Assembly (NCBI GenBank): GCA_027622665.1
Contig: JAQBYT010000003.1
Location: forward strand, 96,001 to 160,000
Length of the DNA stretch: 64,000 nt
Direction: 5' to 3'
Source of the DNA: Verrucomicrobiota bacterium
GTDB lineage: Bacteria; Verrucomicrobiota; Verrucomicrobiia; Opitutales; Seribacteraceae
Shown: positions 7,785 through 17,767 of the stretch, piece after piece
Layout of the letters: the number at the start of each line of letters is the position of its first letter
How positions within the stretch are numbered: position 1 is the stretch's first letter
The notes under the pieces: generated by a model
Told to the model about the DNA's origin: nothing
The model's input: only the letters and a program-made list of their open reading frames with translations
Database searches by the model: none
Position numbers and translations under genes: made by a program

Positions 7785-8957
7785 ATGTCGAAAGATATTC
7801 CATATTCTCGTCAGTGGATTGAAGATCAGGACATCCAATCCGTTGCCCAAGTCCTGCAATCGGACTATCTCACTCAGGGTCCTGCGGGCGAGGTTTTCGA
7901 ACGCTCGTTGGCCAGTTACTTCGGAGTCAAGCGGGCTGTAGTTTGCTCGACGGGCACAGCAGCCTTGCATTTAGCCTACGCGGGCATGGGCGTGAACGAA
8001 AAATCCCTTGGTCTTGTCCCTCCCATTACTTTCGCCGCCACAGCCAACGCCTTTCTTTTTCTCAACGCCGAGGTGGCTTTTTGCGACGTCGATCCGGTCA
8101 CGGGGCTTCTGGCCACCGAAAACCTCGAATCTGTAATGCAGGAAAGCTCATTCGACAGTTCTGCCGTAAATCTTGTGGCTCCGGTTTCTTTTGCAGGCGC
8201 CCTCGCCCCTCTTGGGGAATCGGCGAAGATTGCTCAAAGATTCGGTTTCTCGCTCGTGGAGGACGCCGCTCACTCCCCCGGAGCTTGGAACGAAGACGGC
8301 GGGACTCGCGAACGCAGTGGAGCCTGCGACCATACGCAAGCGGCCATACTAAGCTTTCATCCGGTGAAACACATATGCTGCGGCGAGGGGGGAGCAGTCC
8401 TCACCAACGACGAGGAACTTGCCGACCGCATCACCCATCTCCGCAGCCATGGCATTGCTCGCCCGAACGATCCCGACGGGACAAGACCGTGGTTCTACGA
8501 ACAAACCGAACTAGGCTGGAACTATCGTCTCACGGATATCCAGTCCGCCTTGGGCATTTCCCAGTTGGCTCGCCTCGACCAATTTCTTGAACGCCGCAGG
8601 GTTCTAGCCTCACGATACCAAAATGCTTTGTCCACTGTGCCATTTTCGGATATTTGCTCACTGCCTCTCGCTAATCCCGGTCACGCTTGGCACCTCTATG
8701 TCATTCGCTTTCACAAAACCGGTCAACGCGACAAAGCTCACCTATTTCTGAAGGAACGCGGAATACACACGCAAATCCACTACGTACCCATCTATCGACA
8801 CCCTTACTACGAAAGACATTTCGGAAAAATTCGCTTACCGGGTGCGGAAAAATTCTATGAAAGTTGCTTGAGCATTCCTCTTTTCCCAAAGATGACCGAC
8901 TCCGAGCAAGACCGAGTAATCGAAACCCTCGCCAACTACGCGGAGCAAGCTACATGA
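7785..8957 (+). CDS. pseC: UDP-4-amino-4,6-dideoxy-sugar aminotransferase (DegT/DnrJ family, PseC-like)
   Basis: IPYSRQWI...LTQGP, EDAAH, LSFHPVKHI (PLP Lys), GWNYRLTDIQSALG. Confidence 0.85.
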   Translation: MSKDIPYSRQWIEDQDIQSVAQVLQSDYLTQGPAGEVFERSLASYFGVKRAVVCSTGTAALHLAYAGMGVNEKSLGLVPPITFAATANAFLFLNAEVAFCDVDPVTGLLATENLESVMQESSFDSSAVNLVAPVSFAGALAPLGESAKIAQRFGFSLVEDAAHSPGAWNEDGGTRERSGACDHTQAAILSFHPVKHICCGEGGAVLTNDEELADRITHLRSHGIARPNDPDGTRPWFYEQTELGWNYRLTDIQSALGISQLARLDQFLERRRVLASRYQNALSTVPFSDICSLPLANPGHAWHLYVIRFHKTGQRDKAHLFLKERGIHTQIHYVPIYRHPYYERHFGKIRLPGAEKFYESCLSIPLFPKMTDSEQDRVIETLANYAEQAT

Positions 8958-9562
8958 GTCTTTTCTCACCAAAACCCAAGAGCGGTTACCTCGTCTTAGG
9001 TGATTTCGTTGCCCAATTCCGCGATTACAAAATCTCCTCCATCCATATGGACGACGCTCTGCCAATCATGAATTGGCGAAACGAACAAATCTCCGCCCTA
9101 CGGCAAAATCAACCACTCGTGGAAGGGGAACAGCTTCGCTACTTTCGAAACGTCGTTTCCCCGGGTTTCGGGAAGCAAAAACCTGAGCAAATCCTGCTTC
9201 GCTTCACGCATCGAGATACCCTTATCGGCTACGGGGGTCTTGTTCACATCGATTGGCCCGGTCGCATCGGAGAAGTGTCTTTTCTGCTCGAAACCGAACG
9301 AACAAAGGACATGCACAACTACGGGATGGAATGCAGTATCTTTCTTCAACTCCTAAAAAAATGCGCGTTCGAGAACCTCGATTTCAATAAGATCTTCACC
9401 GAGTCCTACTCACATCGACCTTGGCACGTCATGAGTATAGAAGCTGCCGGTTTCCGAAGAGAAAAGGTTCTTCCCGATCAAACCACGGTAGATGGCAAAT
9501 CAGTGGACGCCGTAGTCGCCTCATGTCTGAAGGAAGAATACTTAAAGAGTATCCCCGACTGA
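8954..9562 (+). CDS. GNAT N-acetyltransferase (PseH/RimJ-like)
   Basis: IMNWRNEQ, LIGYGGLVHIDW, AFENLDFNKI, AGFRRE; ATGA overlap with pseC. Confidence 0.75.
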   Translation: MSLFSPKPKSGYLVLGDFVAQFRDYKISSIHMDDALPIMNWRNEQISALRQNQPLVEGEQLRYFRNVVSPGFGKQKPEQILLRFTHRDTLIGYGGLVHIDWPGRIGEVSFLLETERTKDMHNYGMECSIFLQLLKKCAFENLDFNKIFTESYSHRPWHVMSIEAAGFRREKVLPDQTTVDGKSVDAVVASCLKEEYLKSIPD

Positions 9563-9570
9563 TCTTAACA

Positions 9571-10527
9571 GTGCCCCACCCTATTCTGCTCCTCACTAGT
9601 TTATCGGCAAAAAAGTCGCTCTACGACTATGTGCTGAAAGACGCTCATCGCTTTCATCCAGATACACGGCTAATCGGTGCCGATTCCAATCCTGCATGCT
9701 CGGGAGCCCAATACGCGAAGGAATTCATTCCGATGCCCCCTCTATCGGAGCTAGACCCGAGGGGTTTATGTGATTTTTGCATAAAACACCGCATCTCTCA
9801 CATCATTCCCACAAGGGACGGAGAACTCGCCTTTCTCGCGGAAACCGGCAAAATCCTTGGGCAAGAAAACATTCATGTTTTCGTTGCACCTCCCGAAGCA
9901 CTCTCAAAATGTCTGGACAAGCTGGTCTTTTCTGAACGATTGGCAGCGCTCGGAATGCCGGTGATTCCGGCATCCTCAACGATTGCCGAGCTACCCGACG
10001 ATCACTTAGTCGTAAAAGAAAGGCATGGTTCCGGCTCCGAACAAATAGGCATAGACCTTACCCGAGAAGCAGCCGAAATTCATGCCGGAAAACTTAAAAA
10101 CCCCATATTCCAGCCCTATGTAGGAGGGCGTGAATTCAGTGCTGAAGTCTGGTTGGACAAAACAAGTCGTGCTCACGGAGTGGTGTTACGCTGGAGAAAG
10201 CGAGTGGTGAGCGGGGAGTCCCATCATACGATAACTTTTCGCAACGAGGAATGGGAGAATCTCGTCGTCGCTTGCGTTCAGATGTTGGGTCTCACCGGTC
10301 ACGCCCTCGCTCAAGTCATCGTGGACGAAAATGATTCTCCAAATATTGTGGAAATCAATCCGCGCCTAGGCGGAGCCTCTCCCCTTTCCCTAGCCTGTGG
10401 TCTCCACTCGATCGAATGGTTCCTTCGCGAAACCGCAGGTGAAGTGATGTCTCTTGGCTCAACATTCAAACCTGCTCCGGGGAAAAGCCTCTCCCGTGTA
10501 GGGGATCGAGTGACCATCGAGCTCTGA
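9571..10527 (+). CDS. ATP-grasp domain protein (carbamoyl-phosphate-synthase-like)
   Basis: IIPTRDGEL, CLDKL, VVKERHGSGS, QPYVGGREFS, EINPRLGG. GTG start inferred. Confidence 0.8.
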   Translation: MPHPILLLTSLSAKKSLYDYVLKDAHRFHPDTRLIGADSNPACSGAQYAKEFIPMPPLSELDPRGLCDFCIKHRISHIIPTRDGELAFLAETGKILGQENIHVFVAPPEALSKCLDKLVFSERLAALGMPVIPASSTIAELPDDHLVVKERHGSGSEQIGIDLTREAAEIHAGKLKNPIFQPYVGGREFSAEVWLDKTSRAHGVVLRWRKRVVSGESHHTITFRNEEWENLVVACVQMLGLTGHALAQVIVDENDSPNIVEINPRLGGASPLSLACGLHSIEWFLRETAGEVMSLGSTFKPAPGKSLSRVGDRVTIEL

Positions 10528-10602
10528 TTTATCGGTTCAGGAAATTTCTCATAAACCGTTTCCTCTCGACTCCAAACGAGACCGAATTAGTGTAATTTCT
10601 CC

Positions 10603-11397
10603 ATGTCGGCCATAGTTGTAGCAGTTGGAAATCAAAAAGGTGGCGTGGGGAAAACGACCACCACCGTAAATCTTGGGCATGCTTTTGCCGCATCAGGCGT
10701 ACCTACCCTGATTGTGGATCTTGACCCCCAGGCCAATGCCACCAGTGCCTTGGGCTTTGAAAAAAAACCGGGCGCGGGCATCTATGGCCCCATTACGGGA
10801 AACGGTTCCGCCAGCGAGCAGGTGCAGGCCACGCGTTCAGAAAACTTATGGATTCTACCATCCGAACTGGATCTTGCCGCGGCTGAGCTCGAACTAGGTG
10901 GTCAACCCGACTACCTTCTGAAGCTAAGAGAATGCCTATCAGCCCTGAAGGAAGACTATGGCCTGAGCTTGATACTCGTGGATTGCCCCCCGACCTTGGG
11001 ATTGCTCTCGATGAATGCTCTTTGCGCCGCCGATTATCTGCTCGTTACTCTACAGTGCGAATACTTGGCGCTGGAGGGACTTGGACAGATCCTCGGCGTA
11101 GTGGATCAGTTGAGGGAATCAGGTGCGAACAAAGACCTCAAGGTAGGAGGCATCGCAATGACGATGTTCGACAACCGCACACGCCTTTCCTACGATGTAT
11201 GGGAAGAGGTGGGGACGCACTATCCTCAACTCATGTTCAGCACGGCGATTCCTCGCTCCGTCCGCCTCAGCGAGGCTCCCAGTCATGGACAGACCATTTT
11301 TGAATACGATCCCGCGGGGCCGGGAGCGCGAGCGTACCGCAACCTCGCCGACGAGGTTTTGTCCCGTTTTTTCCCTCAGTCTCCGGAAAGCTCGTGA
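10603..11397 (+). CDS. parA: ParA/Soj family ATPase
   Basis: NQKGGVGKTTT deviant Walker A, DLDPQANAT, DCPP, QCEYLALEG, PRSVRLSEAPSHG. Confidence 0.92.
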   Translation: MSAIVVAVGNQKGGVGKTTTTVNLGHAFAASGVPTLIVDLDPQANATSALGFEKKPGAGIYGPITGNGSASEQVQATRSENLWILPSELDLAAAELELGGQPDYLLKLRECLSALKEDYGLSLILVDCPPTLGLLSMNALCAADYLLVTLQCEYLALEGLGQILGVVDQLRESGANKDLKVGGIAMTMFDNRTRLSYDVWEEVGTHYPQLMFSTAIPRSVRLSEAPSHGQTIFEYDPAGPGARAYRNLADEVLSRFFPQSPESS

Positions 11398-12218
11398 ACT
11401 GGATTCGCAGGCTCACGGGCAGAATCCGTTACGACGGAACGGAAACGGACGATCCTCCATCCGCAGAGGAGGAAAGTGCCCTGCAAGCGTTGGAGAAACG
11501 GCTCGGTTATCGTTTCCGCAACCTATCGCTCTTACGACGGGCGACCACCCATCCATCCCTTGCCGAAGATCGCCGTGGTTGCGAAGACAACCAAAGACTG
11601 GAATTCCTTGGGGACTCCATACTGGGAGCCATTCTCGCGGAAAAGCTTTTTCGGATTTTCCCAGAAGAAAACGAAGGCATCTTGACCAAAGGACGCTCGG
11701 TACTGGCCCGCGGCGACTACCTAAGCAAGCTCGCGCGCGGTCTGGGCATTCATGACACCATGAGGATGAGCCGGGCGGAGATTCGAGACGGAGGCAATGA
11801 ACGAGACTCCACCTTGGAAGACGCCATCGAAGCAATAGTAGGAGGCATTTATCTGGACTCCGGCATGCAAGCCACTCGCAAGACGGTGCTTTCATGGTAT
11901 GGAGACATGGAGGAAACCTTGTCAGACGCCATGGAGGATTATAATCCCAAAGGACGTCTGCAGGAAATCGCTCAAGCTCTACACGGACCAGACCAAATCC
12001 GCTACTTGATTGATCGCGAAGAAGGCCCTTCCCATAGAAAAAGATACTCCGTTTCAGTCGAGGTTGCTGAACGCAAACTAGGCTCGGGATCGGGTCGAAG
12101 CAAGAAAGAGGCTGAAGAAGAAGCGGCTCGAAAGGCTTTGCAATCCATTAGTCGAAAGCAAAAAAAAACGAAAAAGCGCACAACTGGTCATAGGCAAAAG
12201 AACGAAAGCAAGAACTGA
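11394..12218 (+). CDS. rnc: Ribonuclease III
   Basis: NQRLEFLGDS signature, DAIEAIVGGIYLDSG, C-terminal dsRBD (NPKGRLQE...GSGRSKKEAEEEAA). Confidence 0.95.
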   Translation: MNWIRRLTGRIRYDGTETDDPPSAEEESALQALEKRLGYRFRNLSLLRRATTHPSLAEDRRGCEDNQRLEFLGDSILGAILAEKLFRIFPEENEGILTKGRSVLARGDYLSKLARGLGIHDTMRMSRAEIRDGGNERDSTLEDAIEAIVGGIYLDSGMQATRKTVLSWYGDMEETLSDAMEDYNPKGRLQEIAQALHGPDQIRYLIDREEGPSHRKRYSVSVEVAERKLGSGSGRSKKEAEEEAARKALQSISRKQKKTKKRTTGHRQKNESKN

Positions 12219-12383
12219 TGCATCGAAAAGCCGAAACACCTTACCAAGGATCCCTCGACATGCCGACGCTCGCATTGCCCCTTTCGAAGACAGAAGTGTT
12301 TGTCATCCCGCAATGGAAAGCATTCTCTCCAGTCCGAGGATTGATTAAGTTTATGCTCCACCGACGGCTAAACAGGTAAGGGA

Positions 12384-15300
12384 ATGAAAAGGGTGGTCAT
12401 TCCTTCGGGTCGTGACGCCATGTTTTTGCAAGGCGTACCCGAGGCGGCAACTGCAATCTTGGCAGCCGATTTCATCTACAAGGCAAAGCCAAAAGTCGTA
12501 ATCTTACTCACTGAGTCCATTCCCAAGGCTGAGGAGTGGGCTGAAGACGTCGCGGCATTCCTTGAGTCGGCCAAACCGGATTTCCGCATCCGCCTGCATC
12601 TATTCGACGAACCTCCTTCGACCGAACACCCGGACGCATTCGACAGGATTTGCGACAGACTCGCAGTGCTATCCGCCTTGGGTGAGCTTTCAAATAAAGA
12701 GAGAGCCTCCTCGGAGAACTCCCTCCTACTTCTCGCCGCAACTCCCGAATCGATCCTGGCCCCATGCCCGTCGGTGGAATCGCACGAAAAAAACGAGCTA
12801 ATCGTGAGGCAGGGAGAAAAACTTTCCTTCAAAAGTTTTGTCAAAGAATTGGCCGAGCGATTCGATTATTCCTCGGAAATTCTTTGCGAAGCTCCCGCTC
12901 AATTCGCCGTCCGTGGAGGGTTGATTGACGTATACCCCGTAAACGGAGAGTTTCCGGTCAGGATCGATTTCTTCGGGGACGAGATTGAAGACCTGAGAAG
13001 ATTTGACCCTAATACGCAGCGTACGATCGAAAGTGTGGATTCCGTAACTTTGGCCTCTGCGGGAAGTACCGAGGACAGAGAGGTCGAAGGAGCGTTTTTC
13101 GGACATCTCAAATGCCCCGTCACCTGGATATTGAGAGAACCCGAAGATCTACTGGTGCGATCCCCATTGATCTTTCACTATTCGGAGAAAAGAAAATCCG
13201 CTCCCAAATGCTTTTTCGACGCACTGGAAAGAAAGGCGGCGAAGAAAGACAAATTCCTAGGCATGGCCGAAATCGACTCTGGTCGAGGAATCTTCGACAA
13301 CGCTCCTTGCCATGAAGAGAAAGTGGAAACATTGGAAAACTTACGCCATGAAAACTCACTTGATGAGCTCGGTCTCGAACGTTTCGAAAGCGAACGATCC
13401 GGACGCAAAGCCTACCTGCAAGGTTTGCTTCTGCGGGCGAGAGAGGGATTCTCCGTACAAATAGCCGCCGGAGTCGACTCGGAAAAACGACGAATCATCG
13501 AAACAATTGAAGAAGAAGAGAAGTTGCGGGATCTTCAAGTAACCTTTCTCCAGATGGGACTAAGAGAAGGATTTGCTATAGTTCTGCCGCCAGGTGAAAA
13601 ATTTCTGGGAAGAAAAACCGGCACTCAAGAAAAAGGATTACTTGTTGCCACCGCCAGAGAAATACTAGGTCGAGAAAGAAGTCGACGACCCGGACGGTCG
13701 AAGCGCATGGTGGCGCAAAGACCACAGGTAGATCAGATTTTGGACTTTTCCGAACTGGTCGAAGGCGACTTCTTGGTCCACCTTCAGCACGGCGTATGTC
13801 AGTACAAATGCATCCAGAGGATAAAGGACGAAGGCCGTGAGGAGGAAGCCGTCACGGTTGAATTCGCTGATGGAATCCTGCTACACGTGCCCTTGCCCGA
13901 ATCGCATTTGCTTTCATGTTATGTAGGTCTGGTCAAAAGTCGTCCGAAACTGGCTAAACTCGGGGGCAAGTCATGGTTCAAGGTAAAGGAGGCGGCCGAG
14001 CAAGCCGCTCTCGACATGGCCGCCGACTTACTTCGTATGCAAGCCGCTCGCGAGGCAGCGGAAGGACACGCATTTCAGCCGGACGATGAATGGCAAAAAG
14101 AGTTCGAGGACGCATTCTCGTTTACGGAAACTCCCGACCAATTGTCGGCCATCGAGGCCGTCAAAAAGGATATGGAAAGTCGTGCCCCGATGGACCGGTT
14201 GCTGTGCGGAGACGTTGGTTATGGGAAGACCGAAGTCGCATTGCGAGCAGTATTCAAGGCAGTCATGGATGGTCGTCAGGTAGCCGTGCTCGTCCCTACT
14301 ACCGTCCTATGCCAGCAACATTTAAACGTATTCAGAGAACGGGTCGCAGACTTTCCCGTGACGGTGGAAACCCTGAGCCGGTTACGTAGCCCAAAGGAGC
14401 AGAAACGCATACTCGCGGGAGTGGCGAGCGGAGGAATCGACATTCTGGTGGGCACTCATCGAATCCTAAGCGCGGACGTCAAGTTTCGTGACTTGGGTCT
14501 GCTCATCGTAGATGAAGAGCAACGATTCGGAGTGCGGCACAAGGAAAGCATCAAGAAGATGAAAACTTCCGTCGACGTACTGACCTTAAGCGCAACTCCG
14601 ATACCCCGAACGCTCTATTTCGCAATGGTAGGCGCAAGGGCGCTGAGCTCGATCGAAACAGCCCCAGTGAACAGGCGACCCATTCGGACCGAAGTCATGC
14701 GGCACACGCCGGAAGTCGTCAAGAAAGCAGTGGATGCCGAAATGCGGCGCGGCGGACAAGTTTTTTATCTCCATAACAAAGTCAAAACCATACAAGCCGT
14801 GGCTCGCCGGCTTAATGAAAGGTTTCCAAAGATCCGGATCGCAGTGGGGCACGGCCAAATGGGAGAAAACGAACTGGAAGACGTAATGACTAAATTCGTC
14901 GCTCATCAGTACGACATGCTTGTCTGCACAACGATAATCGAGGCAGGCATAGACATTCCCAATTGCAACACGATCATCATCGAAGGCGCCGACCGATTCG
15001 GGCTCTCGCAACTTTATCAACTTCGCGGTCGCGTAGGAAGATTCGACAAGCAAGCCTATGCCTACCTTCTACTGAACAGTCACAAGCCAGTCTCGGACAA
15101 GGCTCGAAAGCGACTTTCAGCCATCCGGCAAATCACGCGATTGGGGGCAGGGTTCCGAATCGCCTTGAGAGATCTGGAGCTAAGAGGTGCGGGAAATCTT
15201 CTTGGAGGCGAGCAGAGCGGGCATGTGGCAGGCGTGGGATTCGACCTATATTGTCGTTTGCTCAAACAAAGCGTGGCTCGTCTAAAGGGAGACGAGAAAG

Positions 15301-15797
15301 CCATTCGTTCAAGGGCGACCGTGCGTTTAGGCTTCACCACAAGCGGGGTTCTCTCCGAAACTGATTCACCAGAACCTGAACCCCCGGAAGAGGTCTCGGA
15401 TGTCATCGGGACCTATCTGCCCGAACACTTTGCTGCAGAAACCCGACTTCGCATCGATTTCTACCGCAAACTGGCCAATGCCATAGACGCCAAGGAAGTG
15501 GAGGAGATTAGAGAGGAATTGGCTGATCGTTTTGGAGAATTACCAAGGGAAGCCAAGGCTCTTTTGCTCGAAACGGAAATTCGTTGTTTGGCCGAAGAGG
15601 CCGGATTCGATCGACTCGAAACCGAGGGAAGTTCCCTGCAATGCCGCTTTGCCAAAGGGAAAAAGCCTAACAAGGACAATAAGTTTCTAAAGGTGGCGGG
15701 GCGCTTCCCAAAACTTTCGGAAAAAGAACCTTTTTTGAAGTTGAAGGAAATCGTTCGATTTCTCAAACTGCGAATCTATGCGAAAGAAGTTGAATAA
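12384..15797 (+). CDS. mfd: Transcription-repair coupling factor
   Basis: UvrB-like FAVRGGLID, CarD-like [44 protein letters not shown]-terminal domain. Confidence 0.96.
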   Translation: MKRVVIPSGRDAMFLQGVPEAATAILAADFIYKAKPKVVILLTESIPKAEEWAEDVAAFLESAKPDFRIRLHLFDEPPSTEHPDAFDRICDRLAVLSALGELSNKERASSENSLLLLAATPESILAPCPSVESHEKNELIVRQGEKLSFKSFVKELAERFDYSSEILCEAPAQFAVRGGLIDVYPVNGEFPVRIDFFGDEIEDLRRFDPNTQRTIESVDSVTLASAGSTEDREVEGAFFGHLKCPVTWILREPEDLLVRSPLIFHYSEKRKSAPKCFFDALERKAAKKDKFLGMAEIDSGRGIFDNAPCHEEKVETLENLRHENSLDELGLERFESERSGRKAYLQGLLLRAREGFSVQIAAGVDSEKRRIIETIEEEEKLRDLQVTFLQMGLREGFAIVLPPGEKFLGRKTGTQEKGLLVATAREILGRERSRRPGRSKRMVAQRPQVDQILDFSELVEGDFLVHLQHGVCQYKCIQRIKDEGREEEAVTVEFADGILLHVPLPESHLLSCYVGLVKSRPKLAKLGGKSWFKVKEAAEQAALDMAADLLRMQAAREAAEGHAFQPDDEWQKEFEDAFSFTETPDQLSAIEAVKKDMESRAPMDRLLCGDVGYGKTEVALRAVFKAVMDGRQVAVLVPTTVLCQQHLNVFRERVADFPVTVETLSRLRSPKEQKRILAGVASGGIDILVGTHRILSADVKFRDLGLLIVDEEQRFGVRHKESIKKMKTSVDVLTLSATPIPRTLYFAMVGARALSSIETAPVNRRPIRTEVMRHTPEVVKKAVDAEMRRGGQVFYLHNKVKTIQAVARRLNERFPKIRIAVGHGQMGENELEDVMTKFVAHQYDMLVCTTIIEAGIDIPNCNTIIIEGADRFGLSQLYQLRGRVGRFDKQAYAYLLLNSHKPVSDKARKRLSAIRQITRLGAGFRIALRDLELRGAGNLLGGEQSGHVAGVGFDLYCRLLKQSVARLKGDEKAIRSRATVRLGFTTSGVLSETDSPEPEPPEEVSDVIGTYLPEHFAAETRLRIDFYRKLANAIDAKEVEEIREELADRFGELPREAKALLLETEIRCLAEEAGFDRLETEGSSLQCRFAKGKKPNKDNKFLKVAGRFPKLSEKEPFLKLKEIVRFLKLRIYAKEVE

Positions 15798-16797
15798 AGT
15801 AATCACTTTCAATCACGCGGCGTTATTGCTGCTTACAGCAATCCCCTTGGTTTCACTGAAAGCCGATCTGGTGGAGATCAACAGGGTGATGGCAAAAGTG
15901 GAGGATCGCATCGTAACCAGGGGCGAAGTGGACAAGGCCATGGACATGCTCAACTTCACGAAGGCCGAAAAAGACTCTAGAGCCAAGGAGTTCGTGGACG
16001 GTAAGATTGATCGCCTGCTCGCCATTCGCGCTTTCTATGAAAAAGGTATGATAATACCCGACTCCTATCTGGAGAACGAGTACAACAAACACCTCATTCG
16101 AGAATTCAACGGCGACCGAAAACTATTTCGAGACATACTGCTGAGCCGTAATCAGTCGCAACTGGAATTCCGGAAAGACCTGGAAGAGGAACTCATACAC
16201 GGTCATATGCTGAGTGCCCGACGTCGATCTAGAGAGGAAGTTCGCCCTGACAAGGTAGAGCAATACTACCGTGAAAACCGTGTTCAATTTTTAACCGATG
16301 CAAAGATTCGCCTCCGGGAAATCGTTTTTTCACAAATCGCCGGTGAACCGGAAGCCGTCCTTCTCCAGCAAGCCCAACAAGTAATCGACCAGATAAAGGT
16401 TGGTGTAACTTTTGAAGAACTCGCTAAAAAGCATGGGCAAAGCCCTTACAAAGCAAAAGGCGGTGATTGGGAAGTAATGGTCGCCAAGCGAGAAATTCGC
16501 AACGATGCCATTCGAGAACAAGCCTTCTCCGTAGACGAAAACCAAGTGACTAAACCTTTCAGCGTCGAGTTGCTGGAAAGAAAAGCTGATGGTACCGTGG
16601 GGAAATCCGGTAAAAAAGCCGTCTACATCATCAAGGTGGACAAAAAAATCGCCGCTGGGGTAAAACCACTAGACGAAGTCCGGCAACAAATTGAAAAGAC
16701 GCTTGCCAACCAACTCGAGTCCCAGAGCCAACGCCAATGGCTCAGTCGCCTAAAGCGGGATGCCTACTTGAAGTACTATTTTAACGACGAAAGCTAG
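15778..16797 (+). CDS. surA: SurA-like periplasmic chaperone / parvulin PPIase
   Basis: Signal peptide, NRVMAKVEDRIVT, TFEELAKKHGQ..KAKGGDW, PLDEVRQQI; conserved position after mfd. Confidence 0.75.
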   Translation: MRKKLNKVITFNHAALLLLTAIPLVSLKADLVEINRVMAKVEDRIVTRGEVDKAMDMLNFTKAEKDSRAKEFVDGKIDRLLAIRAFYEKGMIIPDSYLENEYNKHLIREFNGDRKLFRDILLSRNQSQLEFRKDLEEELIHGHMLSARRRSREEVRPDKVEQYYRENRVQFLTDAKIRLREIVFSQIAGEPEAVLLQQAQQVIDQIKVGVTFEELAKKHGQSPYKAKGGDWEVMVAKREIRNDAIREQAFSVDENQVTKPFSVELLERKADGTVGKSGKKAVYIIKVDKKIAAGVKPLDEVRQQIEKTLANQLESQSQRQWLSRLKRDAYLKYYFNDES

Positions 16798-16913
16798 TCG
16801 CCGGGTGCAAATCCGTAGAGAAGGAGCCATTATTTAGAGGCAGTCACCGCTAGTTAGTAATTTCGCACATGCCTGATTCGCCCACATCACCTCCATAAAC
16901 CCGCTCGCACCCC

Positions 16914-17681
16914 ATGAGCAATTCCAGTAACAAAACGGAAAGTCATGCCAAGGAAGCCAAAGGCCCTAAACATTCGTCCCCACCCCTTCGTCTAAGAGAT
17001 CTACCTCCTCACGAACGCCCACAAGAACGACTCGAAAACCTAGGAGCGAGCGCCCTGTCGGATCGTGAACTCGTGGCCATGCTCGTGCGTTCGGGCAATG
17101 CCCGCATGGATGTTCTCGCAATTGCAGACGCGCTGCTCGCTCGAGCAGGTTCTCTAGCCGGACTTCTACGCTGGGACGTCGAGGATTTCCGTCAGGTTCC
17201 GGGGATTGGCCCCGTGAAGGCACTGCAACTATCAACATACACCGAAGTCGCCAAACGGATGTCGAGGTCGAATCGATCCTCCTGCCCAAAGCTAAGCGAA
17301 CCTCTCGCCGTATTCACTCACCTCTATCCAGAGGTTAGATCGGACAACGTAGAAAAAGTCTGGGTGCTATGCCTGGACCGCAAGAACAAATTGATCCGAA
17401 TGGAGTCGGTAACCTCCGGAACCGCAACAGGAAGTCTCGTTCATCCTCGGGAGATATTTCGTCCCGCCATCCGGCACGGGGCCACTGCCGTAATCGTAGC
17501 TCACAATCATCCCAGTGGCGACCCAACCCCGAGTAAAGCGGATTTAACCATCACCCGAAAACTTCGAGAATCTGCAGAGCATCTTGACATCGAGTTGCAC
17601 GATCACATCATTATTGGCGAACCGGAAGACGACCCTAGAGGCCTCGGTTTCTATAGCTTTGCCGAAGCGGGCGTACTTTGA
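16914..17681 (+). CDS. radC: RadC/UPF0758 JAB-domain protein
   Basis: ERPQERL...ALSDREL, HhH PGIGPVKA, VHPREIF, HNHPSGDPTPS, HDHIIIG. Confidence 0.93.
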   Translation: MSNSSNKTESHAKEAKGPKHSSPPLRLRDLPPHERPQERLENLGASALSDRELVAMLVRSGNARMDVLAIADALLARAGSLAGLLRWDVEDFRQVPGIGPVKALQLSTYTEVAKRMSRSNRSSCPKLSEPLAVFTHLYPEVRSDNVEKVWVLCLDRKNKLIRMESVTSGTATGSLVHPREIFRPAIRHGATAVIVAHNHPSGDPTPSKADLTITRKLRESAEHLDIELHDHIIIGEPEDDPRGLGFYSFAEAGVL

Positions 17682-17767
17682 ATGGGAACTCGAGCTAGCA
17701 ATAAATTCGAGTAAAACCGACAGACTTATTCTTTGACCTCACGCACCATACTTCCATTGATAACCTA

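Noticed and set aside
12219..12383. Possible frameshifted upstream extension of mfd
   Set aside because: An in-frame TAA lies at 12369, and joining upstream frames would need two frameshifts with no supporting motif.
16798..16913. GGTGCAAATCC as a cobalamin riboswitch or tRNA fragment
   Set aside because: No other conserved riboswitch boxes or cloverleaf could be built.
16914..17681. radC as a marker of a mobile element
   Set aside because: It is the full-length chromosomal form with the HhH region, in a core mfd-surA context with no mobility genes.
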